Shown in pieces: positions 39,301-50,446 of a stretch of 64,000 bases of DNA; position 1 is the first letter of the stretch; each line of letters starts with the position of its first letter. Source of the stretch: a virus; the IMG/VR virus record IMGVR_UViG_3300031703_000001, positions 32,001 to 96,000 of that record; one strand, written 5' to 3'. The position numbers and the translations under genes are program-made. Below the pieces are notes generated by a model that saw nothing but the letters and a program-made list of their open reading frames with translations, made no database searches and had not been told where the DNA came from.

Positions 39301-42300
39301 ATACTTTAAATCTAAAAGTTCATTGTTAAGAGGTGCTTCATATGGTTCACCATTCTTAGCTTTATATTCTGAATACTGTTTTACAGAAATAGGTAGACCT
39401 AACATCTCTAATGCAATGATTGTATTGGCCCATTTTGAATATTCTTTGTCAGTCATTGAATCTGCAAAAATAAGTGCAGCAGGATTATCTTCTCTGATTT
39501 CTTGCTTATCTTCTTTATAAAGCATTAGTGCTTCATTATAAGTAGACCCTTTTTTATTAACCTTAGATTGTACATAGTTTAAATAATCAGCATGTGCATC
39601 TTTAGCATTAGTTGCTTTTCCATATTCAACAAACTTCTCATCTTTCATATACCACTCTTTAATTTGAGTGTACACTTTATCAATATCAAAATCTGCTCCT
39701 GATACCTCAACAAGCTCTTGTGCAAACATTCCTACTGATCCATACACTGCAGGTAAAAAGTCTACCATTTTTGCATTGATAGTAGAATGATTATCCTGAG
39801 ATGGAATACGTATAGCAAACATCTTAGCAATTACTGCTGGGATTGGTTCATTAGTATTTTCAATATACTTCATTACTTCAGCATAATGAGCAGGCATTAA
39901 CATTTCTGTATGTTTTTCACCTGTTTCTTTACCTTTAGAATCAAACTCTTTAACGTTTGTTCTTAAACGGTCTAATATAACAACACCCTCTTTTGGAACA
40001 GTAATACCTTTCCAGCTTTTATCTCCATTACCATCTTGATCCGTATGTTCTACTATACTATTACTAGTATGAGAATTCTTACCTGCTTTATTTTCCCAGT
40101 TCTTTTCTCTTATTACTTCTGATCTTTCAGGAATACCATTTTGATCAAAACTAAATACTCTTCTGTATACAGAGTTTCCAAAATCAGAAACTAAAGCAAG
40201 AGCATGTCCTGGTAATTTTTCTGATAAAGTACCTTTACTTAAATAACCTAAGAATAAACTTTCAAAATTGTTTATTGTAATTGGATTATTCAAATCAAAT
40301 TGTTGCTCACCATTCTTAGTACTAAAGAATTCTAGTAGTTGACTACTTGATTGTGATGCCTTCAAACCATTAACAGCATATTTTAAGAATGCCATTAAGT
40401 CCGGTGTAAGCTTCCCAGTTTTCTTAGATATTTCTAATTCACTCATTGATGAATCAAAATTGAAAATAAGATTTCTTTTATTTTTGTATTTTAATTCTAC
40501 TCTTCTTGATGTAGCTAAGTTATATGCTTTTCTAATTTGACCAACAGTCATACCTAACGCTGCTACAAATTCTGAATCATTTTGTTCAGATGTAACAATA
40601 TTTTTAATCTGTGTAGGATCAACAATCTCCATCTTGTTAGATGGATTAGCTACCTGAAGTCCAAGGTTTCTTGCACTTAATTCTGTAGCTTCTTGAATGA
40701 ATCCACTTTCATTGTCAAATTCTGATAAAGAAGTAACATCTTGTTTAAGCATTTTGTATGCAGTCAATGGAGCAGCTATTGCTATCACATCAGATTCTGC
40801 TTCTTGCTTTTCAAGCTTCATTCTTAAATTGTGTAATTCAACTCTATTCTCTTTAGCAACCCAAGTAACTTTACCATCTTCTGATACAACTCTATTAGAA
40901 GTAAGCTGAGGTATTAATGGGAAAGCAGACATTTTTATGAATGTTCTACCATCTGCGTATACTAACTTTCTTGAGTTAACCATTGCACCATTAGCAACAA
41001 ACCCATTAGATCCAAATATCTCTTCATCAGTGATTTCTTCTCCTGCTTCCAATCTAGTTATTAGCTCAGCTTGCATTGGTGTTAATGTACCAAAACCAAA
41101 TTCACTATATCTTAATCCTTTTAATGTGTAGTATAATATTGCATCAGCCTTATCAATATCTTGCCCTGTTAAAGAAGATGTACCTATTGGTTCTTCAAAA
41201 ACATTTGCTAGTATTTTATCCGTTGTATGCATTACTCCTAACTTAGGAGCAGTTACTGCACTATAAGCACTTATTGTAGCAGCATTTTGAGCCTTTGCTC
41301 TTTTAATTGCGTCTACACCATTCTTTAATGTAATTGCTTGATCACCTAAAAGAATCTCATTTATGGATTTAGTATTGACCCAATCATTAAAAAAGATTTG
41401 TTTAAGATTGTGAGTTTTATCTGTAGACAAATTAAGCAGTCTTGAAGACTCAGCAAACAATCCTTTGTTATCTAATCCAAGTTTGATACTATTACTAATA
41501 TCTGTATCAATATTTAAAGCTGTTAATTCATTAGAGAATGCTTCAAATTGTGCATCCAGTATTTCATTAAGTTGCTTTTTAAATTGGTCAACTGTTAAAT
41601 TGATTTCAGTTAATGCATCTTTGAATGATGTATCATCTCTATTAGCAATTTCTTCCAATTGTTTTTTAACATCTTCATTTAATAATAATGATGAGTTATG
41701 TAATTTATATGCTCTACCTAATATAACATCACCGGTTTCTTTATCAAATGTCTCTTCATTAAAACCAAGTACATTTCTTTTAGTTTTAGTTTCTTCATTA
41801 ACCTCTCTTCTGATACGGTTGAATTCAGTCTCTATAGATGTTGTGAATATATTAAGAGTTTCATCAGTTAATACAGACTCACCAGAATTTCCTTTTAAGA
41901 ATTTAACTGCTTGAATAACAGGCATGTATGCCATATCACCTGTATTAGATGATTCTAATACTCTCAATAAACTTGGTGTCAATGCAACTTTAACTTTTTT
42001 ACCAGTTGATTCATCTGTAACTTCTACAAAGTCAACTCTCCCGGTCTTAGTATTAACAAGTGAAGCATATGAGTTGATTAAACTTAATGCAAATTCTTGA
42101 GGACTAAAGTTTCCATATGTTGATCTAGAAGAGATACCTGATATATTATCATTAATATCAGCTTCTGTCTCATTGATCTGACCAACAGCAGCACCAGCAA
42201 CTCTTAATATCTTCTGTCTATTTTCAACAGACATTTGTATAAAAGCAGCATTATTTAAAAGATGATTGTTTTTCAAGTATGGATATTTCTCTTTAAGAAT

Positions 42301-45300
42301 TTCCAATTGAGCCACATCATTTAATTTTTGAATTTGTTTCAAGTGGTATGTTGGTTTCTGGTGTGCATAAACCAAGTTACCTTCAGCATTTTTAAATACT
42401 GATAAACCAATAGACTCATCAAAAGGTGCATTCTGAACTGCAAGCTTTTTAAGTCTAGAGTTCATACCTGTTTCACCTTCACTGAATATATCACTTTGAG
42501 TTTGAATCAACTCTTTCATGTATCCAATATCATCAGATGTAATTGCAGCTTCTTGAGCATTTGCATTTAACAATGCTTGATGGTGCATGTTCAACTTCTT
42601 CTTGTTCTTAACTATACTGTATTGTATAAATTGAGGACTAAGTTTAACACCTGCGTATTCAAAAATCTTTTCAGCATAATTCTTAGAATCTGCTGCAAGT
42701 TTTGCATTGGAATAATATTCTGTCTCAGATTTTAAAGCTGCTTGGAATTTTTCTAATAGTTTTTCCAACTTAACTCTAGTTGTTGCATCTGATTTAAGTT
42801 TCTTAGATGCTTGTGTCCACGCTTGTGACCACATATCCATTTGAGAATTAACATCATCTCTTTGCGCGGCAGAATACCAAAGTACATTACCAGCATTATC
42901 TCTTTGTGTAAATAAATAATCAACTCTAAAGTTTTCAAATGCTTTTGTAAAAGCCTGAAGTAATTGAGGATTCTTTAAGTCTAAAGGAAGCGCTGTATTT
43001 AATAGTAAAGATTTTGTAGTAATACCTATATCAGCTAAAAGCCTAGATACTACTGCACCTGTCTCTGCATTTTGCAAACCAAAGAAGTACATGTTCTGCA
43101 ACATTGTTCTTGGATTCTCAATATTCTTAACAGATTTTAATAATCCATTGTACACTTCAGAAAAGTTTACTGGAACAATTAAACGTTCACCTTCAGTCAA
43201 TTCAGTATTACCAAAGAAATCAGTCTCTGCAATTGTTGTAGTTGCAATATAAGCTCTAATTTCTTTTGGAGTTGAATTAACCCCTCCAATCATAGATGCA
43301 TCTGTACTCCATGAATCAATACCTCTTAAACCTACAGTATCTTCAAAAAATTCTGCGTTGTATTCTTCTTCTGCAACTTGACTATCAATCACATTCAAGT
43401 ATGCATATACCTGAGTCTTTATTATATCAGAGTATTCATCAATAGCTAAAGACGCTTGTTCTAATAATTCAATTTGTTTAGGAGACTTATTTAGATTATT
43501 ATCTTCAGTAGGATCATATAGTACATAGAAATCATCCATTATACCTTCCAACATTTCTGATCTTAAAATTGTAGTATCCGTATTTTTTGATACTCTTTGT
43601 AAGTACATAGCGGCCATACTTGCAATCATTGGATTAGCAATGTCACTATCTAGATATAAAGAACCTTCTCTTAATTTTTTTACCGTCTTGTCTTGTGCAT
43701 CTTTTACTTCAGTAACTTCTTGTATTACTTCATAAGGTATTAATGCATTAGCTTCAAGTGTAATTCCAAATTGACTTGTAAATTGATTTGATACTACCTC
43801 AGCATTTTTGTATTTACCATTGTTTATATTTTCAAATAAATCTTGTAATACTACATCAGTAGAACTGAATACTGATTTAATCCAATCTAGAATTTTTGTA
43901 AATAAAGATTTTACTTCAGAAGATGTATTACTATTCTTTGGATTAGTTTTGAATTTCTCAAACTCATCAGCCAAATATTCTTCATAGTATTCTTGTTCCA
44001 ATCTAGCTTTACTCATATTAGTATAAGTATCAGCAGAACGTCTAAACAATTCTAATTCAGTATTGAAGTTTTTACCTTCAGCTCTTAACTTAGCTCTTGC
44101 TTCTTTTCTAGCAATTGACAAGTACTTTTTAATTTCCACATCATTTAATAGCATTCTAAACACACTGTGAAATGCTTCATGATATCTGAAAGGAGATTTG
44201 GCACCAGTATATAATGTACCCTTAACTGTTTCACCACCTGCAATAGCTTTTAAATCAATTACAAATGCACCAACTCTTACCCCACCAGCCTTTAAGTTAT
44301 TACCTAACAAGGCAATATCCTGAATACTAATAGATTGAGGTAAATTATCATTAGCCCAATTCATAAATACATTAATATCTTCAACAGCCTCTGATGACAT
44401 TGAAGCTAAAATTTTATTAGCTGCACCATGAAGATCATTTCTCTTCTTTAATAATGCTTGATATTCATCACTTGCAGTTAAAACAGCACGTTTCTCTTTA
44501 CCTTTCTTTCCTTCTTGTAACTTTGCTTTTAAAACTTTAATTTCTTCTTTAACAACTGCTAAAGGAGAATCAGTAACAGATAATTCAGGTGCTGATTCCA
44601 CAATTAATTCCGGACCTTTTGGAATAGGGTTTCCTTCAGCATCTTTGAAAGTTTCACTTGGAGTGATTACACCGGTTGTAGTTGTAGATGCATCCCCTGC
44701 TGCTTGTATACTTGATGAATCAGCTGACAATGTTATTGTACCTGGATGAGCAACTTCATATATTACATTTGTTTCAGTGTCTTCCAACATTGTTTCTATT
44801 GGAGCATCCTTACTAAATGATCTTCTAAAGTTACCTGCTTTTAATTCTACACCTGCTTCTTGTGCTTCAACTGATCCATTAAATAAATCAATTAAAACTT
44901 TCATTTTAGCATCAACAGATAAATCTTTGTTAAGGATTGTTGCTTTATCTAATCTTATAGTAGCAAGTCTTTCCTTACCCTTACTTAATTGTAATTCAAT
45001 TTTACCCCAAGCACTTACTTGCATTGAGATATCATGTCCTGCTATTGTGCTAATATAAAATTTATTATCAGCCATCTCTGCACTAAACTCACGTAGAGCT
45101 ATAGTTGCTTTAGCATTTTCATCAATATTTGCTTTATTATCTTTTTGATCTCCAAATATTTCTTTCTTGTTTGCAATTACCTCTTGTGCTTGAGTAATGA
45201 AAGATACAAATATAGAATCAAGTTCAGACTTAACTAAAACTTTTGCTTTTAGATTCACCAAACTATACGTCCCATTAGGTAATAAAACAATTGCTTTATA

Positions 45301-48300
45301 AGCATCATTTCTTTTTACACCAGTCTTAGGGTCAATTGTACCATTTCTAAGTTCACCACCTGTTTGCTCATCATATAAACCTTGCTTGGTTAAATCAGCT
45401 AAAACTTTTTCAATTAAAGCTTCCCTCTTATCACCTTCAAGATTTGTAACAGCAGTTTGAGTACGTACACCATTCAAGGTATACATTTTAAATATTAAAT
45501 AGTTTCCGTTGTTATCAACGTTCTTGTGTTCTAAATCATTCAACGCTCTAGTAGACTCATTATCCCAACCGGTTAAACCAAGTTGCATATCAAATGAAAT
45601 ACCATTTGTTAATTCAGATATAGGTATTGTAACTTTTTCACCATCTGCTACATCAGCCATTAAAGCATCAAGAGTATTTACTAAAACTTTATTTGCAGCA
45701 AAGTTATGCTGTGCTTCAGCTAATAATTCAGCTGGAGTTTGCAATCCTTTAAGGTGCTCTGGAGTTCTAAATAAATTATCCATTTGCTCTTCAGTAAAGT
45801 TTGCAGGATTAATTTCTTTACCATTAACATCTTGAAATGCAAATCCATCTACATTAATGAATGCAAATATACCATTGCTATTTTTAGCAGCAGGTATTTT
45901 TCTTGCAGCCAATATGTCATCTATCTTTTTCTGTACTGATGGATTACCAGCTTTAATTCCAATCTGATATTTAGAACGTATTGTCTTTATATATGGATTA
46001 GATTCTTCCTGCTTATACTTATAATTACCAGTATCCTTATTAGGATTTTGATCAAGCATTATAATGAGTTCTAAGCTACTTGCTTCTTCAGGAGTTAATA
46101 CTGAAAGGATTGCATTATATCTATCCTGACCTTCTTGATATGAGTTATCAGAGTCAAAGTTTTGAAGAGGGTAAGGAGTAATTGGTTCAGATACATTTAA
46201 TCTAGAAACATTAGGTCCTAAAGTCTTCAAACCAACTTGCATATCTTGCAATGTATAGAATCCTTCAAAACCACCTTCAGGTACAGATACAATAAAAGCA
46301 CCTCTTTCTTTATAGTTCAAGCCCATTTTATCTGAAGGAATCAAAGCTAAACTTTTACCCTCATTGATACTCTTTGCTTTACTTAATACTACATACTCTA
46401 CACTAGGTTTACCTTCAGATGCTACACTATATACAAGTGAACCATGCTTCAAAGTTAATTCTTCAAATACAAATGATTCATTTCCACCAAAGCCTTCTTC
46501 CATTTTTACAAACAATTCTCTTGCTTCTTGAATGGTATCAAATAAATTAAATTTATCAGTGAACTTCTCTAGTATTTCAAGATCAACATCTTCTTTAGTT
46601 GTATTGTCTTTTATAATATACTTTGTTACACTACCGCCTTCTTCTCCAGCATTCACAGTTTCTTCAGAAACTATTGAGAATGTCTTACCTGCTTTGATAA
46701 GCGTTAGAGTAGAGCTTCCTTGAAATGGAGCATCTTCCTCTCCCATATTTTCAACTTGCCCTGTAACATCAGTTATATCAACATTAAGTTTTTCTAATAT
46801 TTCATTAACCATATCATTCTCCATACCTTCTGTAGATAATAACCAATTGATAAATTTATTATCATTTAGTATTTCTTCTTCAGTAAGAGGTTTGTTTGGG
46901 TTAATTAATTTATCATTAGCCACCCAGATATTTCTAAGTGCATTGTATGCATTTCTAAAGTTTTCTGCATCATCAGTTTTAAGCCACTCAACAAATTTCA
47001 AAGGAACGTTTCCTAAGTTGGCTTGATTGGATGCATATTTTTCATATACTTTAGTTAGTAACTCATCATACTTCTTAGTTCTAGATGGCATAAGATTTTC
47101 ATCTACACCCTCCATACCTTTAAGTATATCAGATACTTCATTTCTATTCTTTTGACTTACCTCACTTTCAGTTTCTGCTTTTGCTGCGTCAGCTTTATCA
47201 GCTTGAATTCCAGCATATGTTGCTTTCAAATTTTCAATAACCTCATGTAATGCAGGCATACTTTGAGCAGTAACTTCACCTATTTCAGCAATATAAAATC
47301 TAGTAAGGAATCTAATATCCCCGGTTGCTAAAAAGAATTTTGCTTGATCAGGATCAGGAATAACTTCATAACCTTCTATGTTAGCTATTTGATTTAACAA
47401 CTCATTCATTTCTTGAGTCTTCAAATAGTTTTCAATTACTTCCTTATAGTCCTTTTCAATATTATTGAAAGCTGCATCATGTATTTTATATTGTCTTTGT
47501 AATACCTCATCAAATTTTTCAGGATTAGCTAAAAGCTCAATTGTTTTATCATACACTTTTGCTCTACCCTTTAGAGCTTTATAATCAACCATCTTTTTTA
47601 ACACATCATTGATCACTTCTTCATCTACAAAAGAATCATTTGAATTAGCTAAGAATTTAACATAGTCTTTAAATACAGCTTTAAGAGCACCTATCTTTCT
47701 TCTATCATATATACCTTTATCAGATAGGTTCTTAGGATCAGTTAATACTTTTTGAACTGCTTTTAATTTAGCAATTTTTTCTTCTTTCTCAGCAATTACT
47801 TTTTTATTAACCTCTTTATCAAAAGCTAATGTTTTTACTTCAGAAGCTAATATTTCCAATTCATTGATAACACTATCTGGATCTAACAAAACAGTTAAAT
47901 CACTAGCAGCCATCTTTTCAAACATAGGCTCAGAAGCTAATGCTTGGTAGATACCATTTGATCTTTCAACAGCTCTATCAAAACCATCTTTAGTAAACAT
48001 GTAAAGATATCTTACATGTTCATATGAATATTGTTTTATAGCTTCTGCTTGATATTCTCTTGATCCTTTTGTATACTGTGAAGCATCATAAGGATTTTCA
48101 AACTTATCTTTAGTTTTATTAAACACATCTTCAGTCTTACTGATTTGTGTAATCATACTTTGGAAACGTTCTCTTAACTTTCCACTTTTAATATCTTTCT
48201 TATCAGAAGGAAATGCAGTAGCTAAATCCTCATCAGAAAGTTTCAAGTAATCACCAAGTTGACTTTCAAAAGCTCTTGCACCACCCGTACTTAATACTGT

Positions 48301-50415
48301 AAATATTTGTTGGAATTTTGCAAAGTCAGTTGCATCAATAAATCCAAATTGATCTCCAGCATAAGCAGATTTTGCTTTTTCACCTGCTGCTTCTTTTTGT
48401 GCTAAGAAGTTTAATTTATGAGGATCAAACATTGAGTTTGGATCTTCAGCTTGTTTGTTCCATGTTTCATTATAAGCTAATACAACTTTGGCAACTAAAT
48501 CATCTCTATTAGTTTTGTATTCAGCCCATGCTTCATTCTGCTTCTTAGAACCAACACCAACACCTGCTTCATTTAAACCAAACTTATATACAGAAGGTAT
48601 TCCCTGAAAGAATAGCTTTTGTGGACCGGATACTACACCACCCATTAAAAATCCAGACATGAATGTCTCAAATCCTTGAGCAGTAAACTGTGAACTAACA
48701 GCAGAAGATATTGAAGCTCTTTGCAATTCTATACCTCCTGATAATGGATCTTTGAATACAGCATCATAGTAATGATTTGTTCCATGTGATATAGCCTCTT
48801 GAGATATCTCTTGAATTCCTTCTGCAAAATTTGCTGAAAAGAATCTTGCACTTGCACCAAAAGCTGCTTTTGCATTACCCTTTACACCCAAACTCTTCAT
48901 TCTTTTAAGACCACCTTTTATACCAGAACCTACATCTTCAAATACATCTCTGGCTAATTTACCATCTCCACCAAGAACTTTACTCCCTCTTACTATTCTT
49001 CTACCTATACCTTTAATATTATCGTTAGTCATTCTTGCAAATGACTTACTAAACCCACCAAATGCATTACCTAATACAATTTGATTACTTAAGAAAATCA
49101 AAGGTGCATTCATTGATAATGTACTGAAAGCTGCCCTACTTGCATTCTGTTCTATCTCTGCCATTTGTTCAGCAGTAACATTACCTCCGTTGTTTTTAGC
49201 AACTTGTGTTCTTATGTTTTCTGAAACTCTAGAATTATAAACCATTCCTGATTCAAGCTTAGACTCAGCTAATGCATAATTTAATGATCTAACATCTTTA
49301 TAAAATCCACCAAACTTCTTAGCTCCTTTAGCCATATTACTCATATTCTGAACACCGTTCTGTGTAGATTTAAGAGCTTTAATTGCAGCAGTAGTTTCTG
49401 GAAAAAATATCTTACCAACAAATTTCTTACCGCTGTTAGCTGCATTAAAGAAATCTTTTGCTTTATCAACATTATTCATTTGCTTAAAAGCATTTCTTGT
49501 GTAGTTGGCCATTTTACCTATTCTACCCACAGCAAATGTATTTGCTACTGCATTACCAACTTTAGCAACATTTGTTGCAGTCTTAGCAGCTACAAGTGGA
49601 GTAGCACCTCCAAATGTCACAGCTTCTAAACCAAGTAATGCAACCTCTTCAAGAGCAACACTTGTAATAACACCAACTGTATATGCTGAGTTTAACAAAA
49701 GATTATTTGCAAATTGTGTAGCACCACCTCTGGTAGAACTACCAATTCTCATGGCATCCTCCATTTCAGTAGCTGAAGCCAAATCAGGACTCATTGCATT
49801 ACCTGTAAATAAATCACCTATTGATCTATAACCTCCCATGAAACCTGTACCTAATAAACCAGTAAATTGACCCCACATTCTTGTACGGTCATCTCCTGCA
49901 GTAGAGTTATCATTATAAAATTGGTCACTATTTGCATATGGTGAGAACCCTAGATCAGCATATTTAGGATGCTCATAAAAATGCTCAAAGTTTGATTTTC
50001 TAATGTTTGAAACTACAGGTGCAATTTTAACATCAGCACCTTTCTTTGGCACATTGTATTGTTGTTTATTCTGATTTAGCGTTTGTCTTAAAGCATTAAC
50101 GGCTGCATCTGGAGTTAATCCTTCCTCCATAGGAGTTTGTTGTGCCAAAGGATCAAATGTTGATGCTGCAATTGTTGGTCTAGCCACACCTAGATTAGCC
50201 ATAGCAGTAGGACTATACTTATCCACATCTGCTTTAAAAGCATCAAGATGCTGCATTTGGGCAACATCTGCAGTATCTATATAAGCATCATATTCAGGAG
50301 TGTTAAACATTTCCTCAATAGGTATGTAGGGTAAATCCTTAGCAATAACTGCAGTGGGCACCTCACTATTTTTAATAGTTTGATCTAAACTTGTATTTTG
50401 TGCTTGCTCTTCCAT
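36349..50415 (-). CDS. giant virion RNA polymerase polyprotein (crAss-like, double-psi beta-barrel) with two zincin domains
   Basis: RIPSQ..HS and GADFDIDK catalytic loop (39676-39693); HEAFH..EEYLAD (44167-44181); HEQDH..E (37105-37119). Confidence 0.88.
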   Translation of the reverse strand: MEEQAQNTSLDQTIKNSEVPTAVIAKDLPYIPIEEMFNTPEYDAYIDTADVAQMQHLDAFKADVDKYSPTAMANLGVARPTIAASTFDPLAQQTPMEEGLTPDAAVNALRQTLNQNKQQYNVPKKGADVKIAPVVSNIRKSNFEHFYEHPKYADLGFSPYANSDQFYNDNSTAGDDRTRMWGQFTGLLGTGFMGGYRSIGDLFTGNAMSPDLASATEMEDAMRIGSSTRGGATQFANNLLLNSAYTVGVITSVALEEVALLGLEAVTFGGATPLVAAKTATNVAKVGNAVANTFAVGRIGKMANYTRNAFKQMNNVDKAKDFFNAANSGKKFVGKIFFPETTAAIKALKSTQNGVQNMSNMAKGAKKFGGFYKDVRSLNYALAESKLESGMVYNSRVSENIRTQVAKNNGGNVTAEQMAEIEQNASRAAFSTLSMNAPLIFLSNQIVLGNAFGGFSKSFARMTNDNIKGIGRRIVRGSKVLGGDGKLARDVFEDVGSGIKGGLKRMKSLGVKGNAKAAFGASARFFSANFAEGIQEISQEAISHGTNHYYDAVFKDPLSGGIELQRASISSAVSSQFTAQGFETFMSGFLMGGVVSGPQKLFFQGIPSVYKFGLNEAGVGVGSKKQNEAWAEYKTNRDDLVAKVVLAYNETWNKQAEDPNSMFDPHKLNFLAQKEAAGEKAKSAYAGDQFGFIDATDFAKFQQIFTVLSTGGARAFESQLGDYLKLSDEDLATAFPSDKKDIKSGKLRERFQSMITQISKTEDVFNKTKDKFENPYDASQYTKGSREYQAEAIKQYSYEHVRYLYMFTKDGFDRAVERSNGIYQALASEPMFEKMAASDLTVLLDPDSVINELEILASEVKTLAFDKEVNKKVIAEKEEKIAKLKAVQKVLTDPKNLSDKGIYDRRKIGALKAVFKDYVKFLANSNDSFVDEEVINDVLKKMVDYKALKGRAKVYDKTIELLANPEKFDEVLQRQYKIHDAAFNNIEKDYKEVIENYLKTQEMNELLNQIANIEGYEVIPDPDQAKFFLATGDIRFLTRFYIAEIGEVTAQSMPALHEVIENLKATYAGIQADKADAAKAETESEVSQKNRNEVSDILKGMEGVDENLMPSRTKKYDELLTKVYEKYASNQANLGNVPLKFVEWLKTDDAENFRNAYNALRNIWVANDKLINPNKPLTEEEILNDNKFINWLLSTEGMENDMVNEILEKLNVDITDVTGQVENMGEEDAPFQGSSTLTLIKAGKTFSIVSEETVNAGEEGGSVTKYIIKDNTTKEDVDLEILEKFTDKFNLFDTIQEARELFVKMEEGFGGNESFVFEELTLKHGSLVYSVASEGKPSVEYVVLSKAKSINEGKSLALIPSDKMGLNYKERGAFIVSVPEGGFEGFYTLQDMQVGLKTLGPNVSRLNVSEPITPYPLQNFDSDNSYQEGQDRYNAILSVLTPEEASSLELIIMLDQNPNKDTGNYKYKQEESNPYIKTIRSKYQIGIKAGNPSVQKKIDDILAARKIPAAKNSNGIFAFINVDGFAFQDVNGKEINPANFTEEQMDNLFRTPEHLKGLQTPAELLAEAQHNFAANKVLVNTLDALMADVADGEKVTIPISELTNGISFDMQLGLTGWDNESTRALNDLEHKNVDNNGNYLIFKMYTLNGVRTQTAVTNLEGDKREALIEKVLADLTKQGLYDEQTGGELRNGTIDPKTGVKRNDAYKAIVLLPNGTYSLVNLKAKVLVKSELDSIFVSFITQAQEVIANKKEIFGDQKDNKANIDENAKATIALREFSAEMADNKFYISTIAGHDISMQVSAWGKIELQLSKGKERLATIRLDKATILNKDLSVDAKMKVLIDLFNGSVEAQEAGVELKAGNFRRSFSKDAPIETMLEDTETNVIYEVAHPGTITLSADSSSIQAAGDASTTTTGVITPSETFKDAEGNPIPKGPELIVESAPELSVTDSPLAVVKEEIKVLKAKLQEGKKGKEKRAVLTASDEYQALLKKRNDLHGAANKILASMSSEAVEDINVFMNWANDNLPQSISIQDIALLGNNLKAGGVRVGAFVIDLKAIAGGETVKGTLYTGAKSPFRYHEAFHSVFRMLLNDVEIKKYLSIARKEARAKLRAEGKNFNTELELFRRSADTYTNMSKARLEQEYYEEYLADEFEKFKTNPKNSNTSSEVKSLFTKILDWIKSVFSSTDVVLQDLFENINNGKYKNAEVVSNQFTSQFGITLEANALIPYEVIQEVTEVKDAQDKTVKKLREGSLYLDSDIANPMIASMAAMYLQRVSKNTDTTILRSEMLEGIMDDFYVLYDPTEDNNLNKSPKQIELLEQASLAIDEYSDIIKTQVYAYLNVIDSQVAEEEYNAEFFEDTVGLRGIDSWSTDASMIGGVNSTPKEIRAYIATTTIAETDFFGNTELTEGERLIVPVNFSEVYNGLLKSVKNIENPRTMLQNMYFFGLQNAETGAVVSRLLADIGITTKSLLLNTALPLDLKNPQLLQAFTKAFENFRVDYLFTQRDNAGNVLWYSAAQRDDVNSQMDMWSQAWTQASKKLKSDATTRVKLEKLLEKFQAALKSETEYYSNAKLAADSKNYAEKIFEYAGVKLSPQFIQYSIVKNKKKLNMHHQALLNANAQEAAITSDDIGYMKELIQTQSDIFSEGETGMNSRLKKLAVQNAPFDESIGLSVFKNAEGNLVYAHQKPTYHLKQIQKLNDVAQLEILKEKYPYLKNNHLLNNAAFIQMSVENRQKILRVAGAAVGQINETEADINDNISGISSRSTYGNFSPQEFALSLINSYASLVNTKTGRVDFVEVTDESTGKKVKVALTPSLLRVLESSNTGDMAYMPVIQAVKFLKGNSGESVLTDETLNIFTTSIETEFNRIRREVNEETKTKRNVLGFNEETFDKETGDVILGRAYKLHNSSLLLNEDVKKQLEEIANRDDTSFKDALTEINLTVDQFKKQLNEILDAQFEAFSNELTALNIDTDISNSIKLGLDNKGLFAESSRLLNLSTDKTHNLKQIFFNDWVNTKSINEILLGDQAITLKNGVDAIKRAKAQNAATISAYSAVTAPKLGVMHTTDKILANVFEEPIGTSSLTGQDIDKADAILYYTLKGLRYSEFGFGTLTPMQAELITRLEAGEEITDEEIFGSNGFVANGAMVNSRKLVYADGRTFIKMSAFPLIPQLTSNRVVSEDGKVTWVAKENRVELHNLRMKLEKQEAESDVIAIAAPLTAYKMLKQDVTSLSEFDNESGFIQEATELSARNLGLQVANPSNKMEIVDPTQIKNIVTSEQNDSEFVAALGMTVGQIRKAYNLATSRRVELKYKNKRNLIFNFDSSMSELEISKKTGKLTPDLMAFLKYAVNGLKASQSSSQLLEFFSTKNGEQQFDLNNPITINNFESLFLGYLSKGTLSEKLPGHALALVSDFGNSVYRRVFSFDQNGIPERSEVIREKNWENKAGKNSHTSNSIVEHTDQDGNGDKSWKGITVPKEGVVILDRLRTNVKEFDSKGKETGEKHTEMLMPAHYAEVMKYIENTNEPIPAVIAKMFAIRIPSQDNHSTINAKMVDFLPAVYGSVGMFAQELVEVSGADFDIDKVYTQIKEWYMKDEKFVEYGKATNAKDAHADYLNYVQSKVNKKGSTYNEALMLYKEDKQEIREDNPAALIFADSMTDKEYSKWANTIIALEMLGLPISVKQYSEYKAKNGEPYEAPLNNELLDLKYALMGNDSVTNEIDGKPAISYTPASLDILYSLWAEFSDSSEESATRSNYLVERSREDNIDVDNILGKIKSFKANKGAAIGAIVSPNQALSLLTEYGITLKADGPAIMLNGIKFDTFKHLREQLGDGKLGDRKQDIISSLITMATDNAKERLVAKLGLNKEALALVGNLTALGVPIRTSLLLINNPEIQSIYEQAINKKEKMDPGVESLLKDKVAELNDKINNDNKDKEAKSIELVDVTDALLRKSLDNEISDVEQLSILVTFSEATRVKKFTSNMRSISDLTNGLGKDITTVNYKREQMDQLFAKEAIMDLAPIYKSDTWQSKYLEIFDQIYDDLLPATFLSASPQFTSIMADVMDNMDVNKQEFTSETESKIARDLLSYITIKAYQHNVGNGTTGSIANLNNNFIYPSDQNSVIDLIERLRETEVGKDNFFLDVFAVANSASEKSNNTGLNLVQSNTFRSLNGQQKIDLQTSFAKIYGTLETKDDALSIINYMMVKDGLQMAYGTLLDAISPFTMTAYLDHIATANEALRNASDEKMMSTFGLTMSEMKDEFINGYLASNINNSLITTLYQTDGAFSKKTKGVTVKSGVLTAVYEKNPTSKGKRYIRVKNTSTEGYDSYKTYARDDVGTSESQSVKGAYRMPAYKVNKKLKNSDGSKRFASTDGVTITINPVTNTQELFDYMEGKEGGVSSLQKALVLKELNKQGYSLAKVKSILSTNKLANTFLVLHEQDHINNKDKDVYWNKGRDLLTPDKVAIEVRATIKALEQISGQMLSDSLNKTTEEVGVYNEIETYGSNQQNGIGFMFGERPTYVEVRKSVKELHNDPISDNFQTQSFDVQEAQLEQDLARAEYIDIVDGTPSEGGTKVDVTLAETETVVATPKEFQEGDVAEDALRDASELAASLMQMDLEFDANAAELNPQLIIFWDEVIDQDSEKKAKFAKNGMRTYSLMLEFFNKESKKGMYPATADKTSEEVFMEEIKCIL

Positions 50416-50446
50416 CTATTGGTAACTTAATTTATGTTGTTGATTA

